This document shows positions 7,501 through 9,281 of a DNA stretch of 9,281 nt, in pieces (position 1 is the stretch's first letter; each line of letters begins with the position of its first letter). The stretch covers positions 1 to 9,281 of the forward strand of contig JAKLZA010000152.1 of assembly GCA_030704615.1 (NCBI GenBank). The letters run 5' to 3'. The position numbers and the translations under genes are program-made. Under the pieces are notes generated by a model, which was not told the DNA's origin, made no database searches, and saw only the letters and a list, made by a program, of their open reading frames with translations. The stretch comes from Takakia lepidozioides. Taxonomy: Eukaryota > Plantae > Bryophyta.

Positions 7501-8357
7501 AGGAAGATTGTCCATGCAAAGTTTGCGGAGGCGACAACCACCCAGTTCTGGTTCTGCAGGCACGACATTATGACTTGCGTGTATGGAAAGCCCAAGTACG
7601 GCATACAAACAATGCCAGAGGTCCCCCGGGTGTGGCCGGTGTGGAACCAGGCTGCGATCTGAGTCAGGTTGAGGCCGACGCCCTTACCGCCGCAGGATTT
7701 CGGATGGTGCAGCGGCACTGACGTCCCAGAGAACCATTTCCGCTTCCACAGCCTCCACCACCGACCCCTGTGAGAGCAAGAACAATGGGACACGACAGCT
7801 CTAAGCATCCTACACACCGTTGGGGGAAACGAAAAGAAGAGGCGGCGACCTCCCTCAAAAGTGAACAAGTGAACGAGACAAGGATGGGGATGCACTTCGG
7901 ATGAACTGTACAATCCAGAGCTCGACAGAAGTGCCCCACCAGGATTCGGGCGTGTGTATCAGATGGCCACGGCGGGCTCAGCTGTTCGCAATGAGGTGTA
8001 CACCATCACCATTTCAGAAATTACCCACCTGCAATTGCACCGACTTCCAGATCATGGCGAACAAGGGGGCATCATACTGCCCTTGCAAGCATTTGTACTA
8101 CGTGTACTAAAGAGACTCCGTTGTAATTCCACAACTCATCACTTCATACATGCACAGGGTTGAGCCCCCAGGAGGTTCACACTCTTCTGAATATGGATCC
8201 AGGGGGACCAGTGAGCTTGGCTTGCGGTCCACATACAATGGTACGCCCATCCTTTTCGGATAGTAGAACTGTACTGCTGCCAGTACCTCAGACTCTGGCC
8301 ACAGAAAGGTCCGACATATGTCTTGGCCTACCAGTAAACCTGTTTTGCTCGAACTAA
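4587..8357 (+). CDS. Mutator-like (MULE) DDE transposase with GCM-like and SWIM zinc fingers; one clear intron; more than 12 frameshifts as sequenced; start and stop approximate
   Basis: Stitched protein: MAPNSYAIVCC...VDVFDISDEEDD...SRSELAALDYAKFPVRKVTFLASQVDGNVI/FEFPP...MDRKHDGHPW...CAGKLRCLNPTC...NETDW...CAHC...C...CIHVGVHCHP...WVMFD...FMAD...CGFHW...WLGWWHFR...^...PNTNMAESVHSSW...FWFCRHDIMTC...PEVPRVWPV...YTITISE/LPTCNC...CKHLYYV...FIHAQG/LSPQEVHTLL. The real stop may be near 8215 or at 8357. Confidence 0.85.
5331..5670 (+). other. GCM-like (WRKY-GCM1 superfamily) zinc-finger DNA-binding domain
   Basis: The pattern DGHPW-x-TS...C-x-G-xx-R-C-xxxx-C...CxxC...C...G-x-H-x-H-P resembles the GCM layout (W...CLGV..C...C; CPNC; C; G.HDHP). 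It spans one frameshift near 5465. WRKY/GCM1-type fingers are the usual N-terminal DNA-binding modules of MULE transposases. Confidence 0.6.
6124..6832 (+). other. MULE RNase H-like catalytic core
   Basis: D1 in WVMFD (6136-6138), D2 in FMAD (6340-6342), CxxH-W in CGFHW (6424-6438), a Trp-rich insertion domain, and E in TNMAESVH (6812-6814). All catalytic residues are intact. Confidence 0.88.
6680..6763 (+). other. Spliceosomal intron (84 bp, phase 0) in the transposase
   Basis: GAG|GTAGGC...T-rich...GTCCTTCTAG|GAG. It joins QYMRE to ERCLDSDTDMPNTNMAES and removes an in-frame TAG. Confidence 0.82.
8030..8092 (+). other. SWIM zinc finger
   Basis: CNC-x15-CKH (CxC..CxH), preceded by YTITI and followed by LYYV. 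Confidence 0.85.
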
Positions 8358-8473
8358 GATATTACTATATCGTTCACTTGTTTCCACGTGCATGTATTTT
8401 TGTATGTTGGAGGGTTCATGTTTTTCTGCTTTCCGAAAAACAAAACTTGCTTCCTCATTCGGACCTCCGACAA

Positions 8474-8496
8474 GGAAATGCGGCGCCGGCATTTCC
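8474..8496. repeat. Solo copy of the array palindrome downstream of the transposase
   Basis: GGAAATGCGGCGCCGGCATTTCC (one extra G). Degenerate or half copies lie at ~8579-8596 (AATGCGGCACCTATTCCC) and 8945-8959 (AAATGCCGCATTTCC). Confidence 0.85.
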
Positions 8497-8820
8497 AAGT
8501 CAAATAGTATCGTAGGTACCCCCAGAGGCGGCCTTCGCCAACACCAAACCGCTCCGAAATTTCGCACGTGCGAACCCTAATGCGGCACCTATTCCCAGTT
8601 CAGTTGCAAACCTTCCCGCCGAATACCCGAAGAAGACAGAATTGTGAAGTACTGCAGACTGTATTGGTGCAGACTCCATTGGTTCAATCGCGGGCAAAAG
8701 GGTCAGCTTCATTCCAATGTTAAGGCATGTAAAACCGCGGAATAATACTATATACAGGCCAGTATGCGACGTCCTTTTGCAGGGGTATACTGGATTTCCC
8801 GTTGCACGGTCACTTATTTC

Positions 8821-9063
8821 CATGAGCGGATCTAAAAAACCATGAGCGGACTTGTTACTGACGACATATCTTCGCAGCATTACATGATCTGGAACGTCCA
8901 AAAACGCAAGGTCAAATAAAAAAACTATTATTTAATACTTGTTTAAATGCCGCATTTCCAAATTTGGAGGAGTCCGCTCATGAAATCCGCGTATTTAGAC
9001 TTCGGCTCACCGCTCATGCGGCTCATGCGGCTCATGGCTCATGGCTCATGGTTTCTGCTCATG
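8821..9063. repeat. Cluster of CATGAGC(GG)/(CC)GCTCATG repeats in opposed orientation (candidate subterminal repeats)
   Basis: CATGAGCGGA at 8821 and 8841. GCTCATG at 8976, 9012, 9021, 9030, 9037, 9044 and 9057. The segments 8841-8852 and 8971-8982 form an exact 12-bp inverted repeat. Confidence 0.85.
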
Positions 9064-9281
9064 AAAATAGTAAAACCTCGGCCAATCCCAAAGGTCACTG
9101 TGTAAAAAACTAGCATTTTCTGGATAGTTTCACAATAGTGGTATAAAAGAACTGAAGCTGTCGTTCGCATTTACAATGCGCTACACAACTACACGTTGTC
9201 CAAAACCCACAACAACATGTGCACACCACACACTAGTGATACCACCAATACACAGCTAGTCGAGCTACTAGTCCAACCACT

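Larger units (their letters stand above)
1..9102. mobile_element. Putative large Mutator-like (MULE) DNA transposon carrying a transposase, a divergent ParB-like accessory gene and an internal palindrome array; left end lies outside the window, right end tentative
   Basis: MULE DDE transposase at 4587-~8300. The same palindrome occurs in an intron of the left gene (535-556), in the central array and downstream of the transposase (8474-8496), which links all parts. Subterminal-type repeats lie at 8821-9063 and the sequence becomes A/C-rich after ~9102. No TIR pair or TSD can be verified within the window. Confidence 0.65.

Noticed and set aside
8500-8901. 133-aa minus-strand ORF
   Set aside because: It has a non-ATG start, no motif, and overlaps the repeat-bearing terminal region.
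9060-9102. V(D)J RSS or Transib identity from the CACAGTG heptamer (reverse complement at 9096-9102)
   Set aside because: There is no ACAAAAACC nonamer at 12- or 23-bp spacing, and the transposase is MULE-like, not RAG1/Transib-like. The site is kept only as a candidate terminus.
1-9281. Prokaryotic origin (IS256 plus parB/parS)
   Set aside because: Frame-restoring GT-AG introns in both genes, long disordered regions and GCM/SWIM fingers indicate a eukaryotic element.
9103-9281. A/C-rich tail with CTAG motifs as a Helitron end or telomere-like repeat
   Set aside because: There is no convincing GC hairpin at the expected distance and no regular repeat unit. It is most likely flanking host DNA.

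Overview
Eukaryotic DNA with spliceosomal GT-AG introns. A land plant such as a bryophyte is only a guess. Almost the whole window looks like one large Mutator-like (MULE) DNA transposon with three parts. (1) A minus-strand, spliced gene (~2018 to <1) with a long disordered N-terminus and a ParB/Sulfiredoxin-type domain (VWDG[N]HRLLAW). It is hidden from the ORF track by single-base frameshifts. (2) A ~1.7-kb array of about 31-33 copies of the 22-bp palindrome GGAAATGCGG-YR-CCGCATTTCC, spaced mostly exactly 53 bp apart and separated by five recurring spacer families. (3) A divergent plus-strand transposase gene (~4587 to ~8200/8357) with a GCM-like zinc finger, a MULE DDE core (D..D..CxxHW..E), a Cys-rich module and a C-terminal SWIM finger. 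Inward-facing GCTCATG repeats follow, and probably mark the element end near 9100. Both genes carry many frameshifts, mostly at short homopolymers, which look like long-read errors. The most interesting signal is a ParB-like gene and a GCM-like transposase flanking a phased palindrome array whose half-site (ATGCGG) matches the core of the known GCM binding motif.
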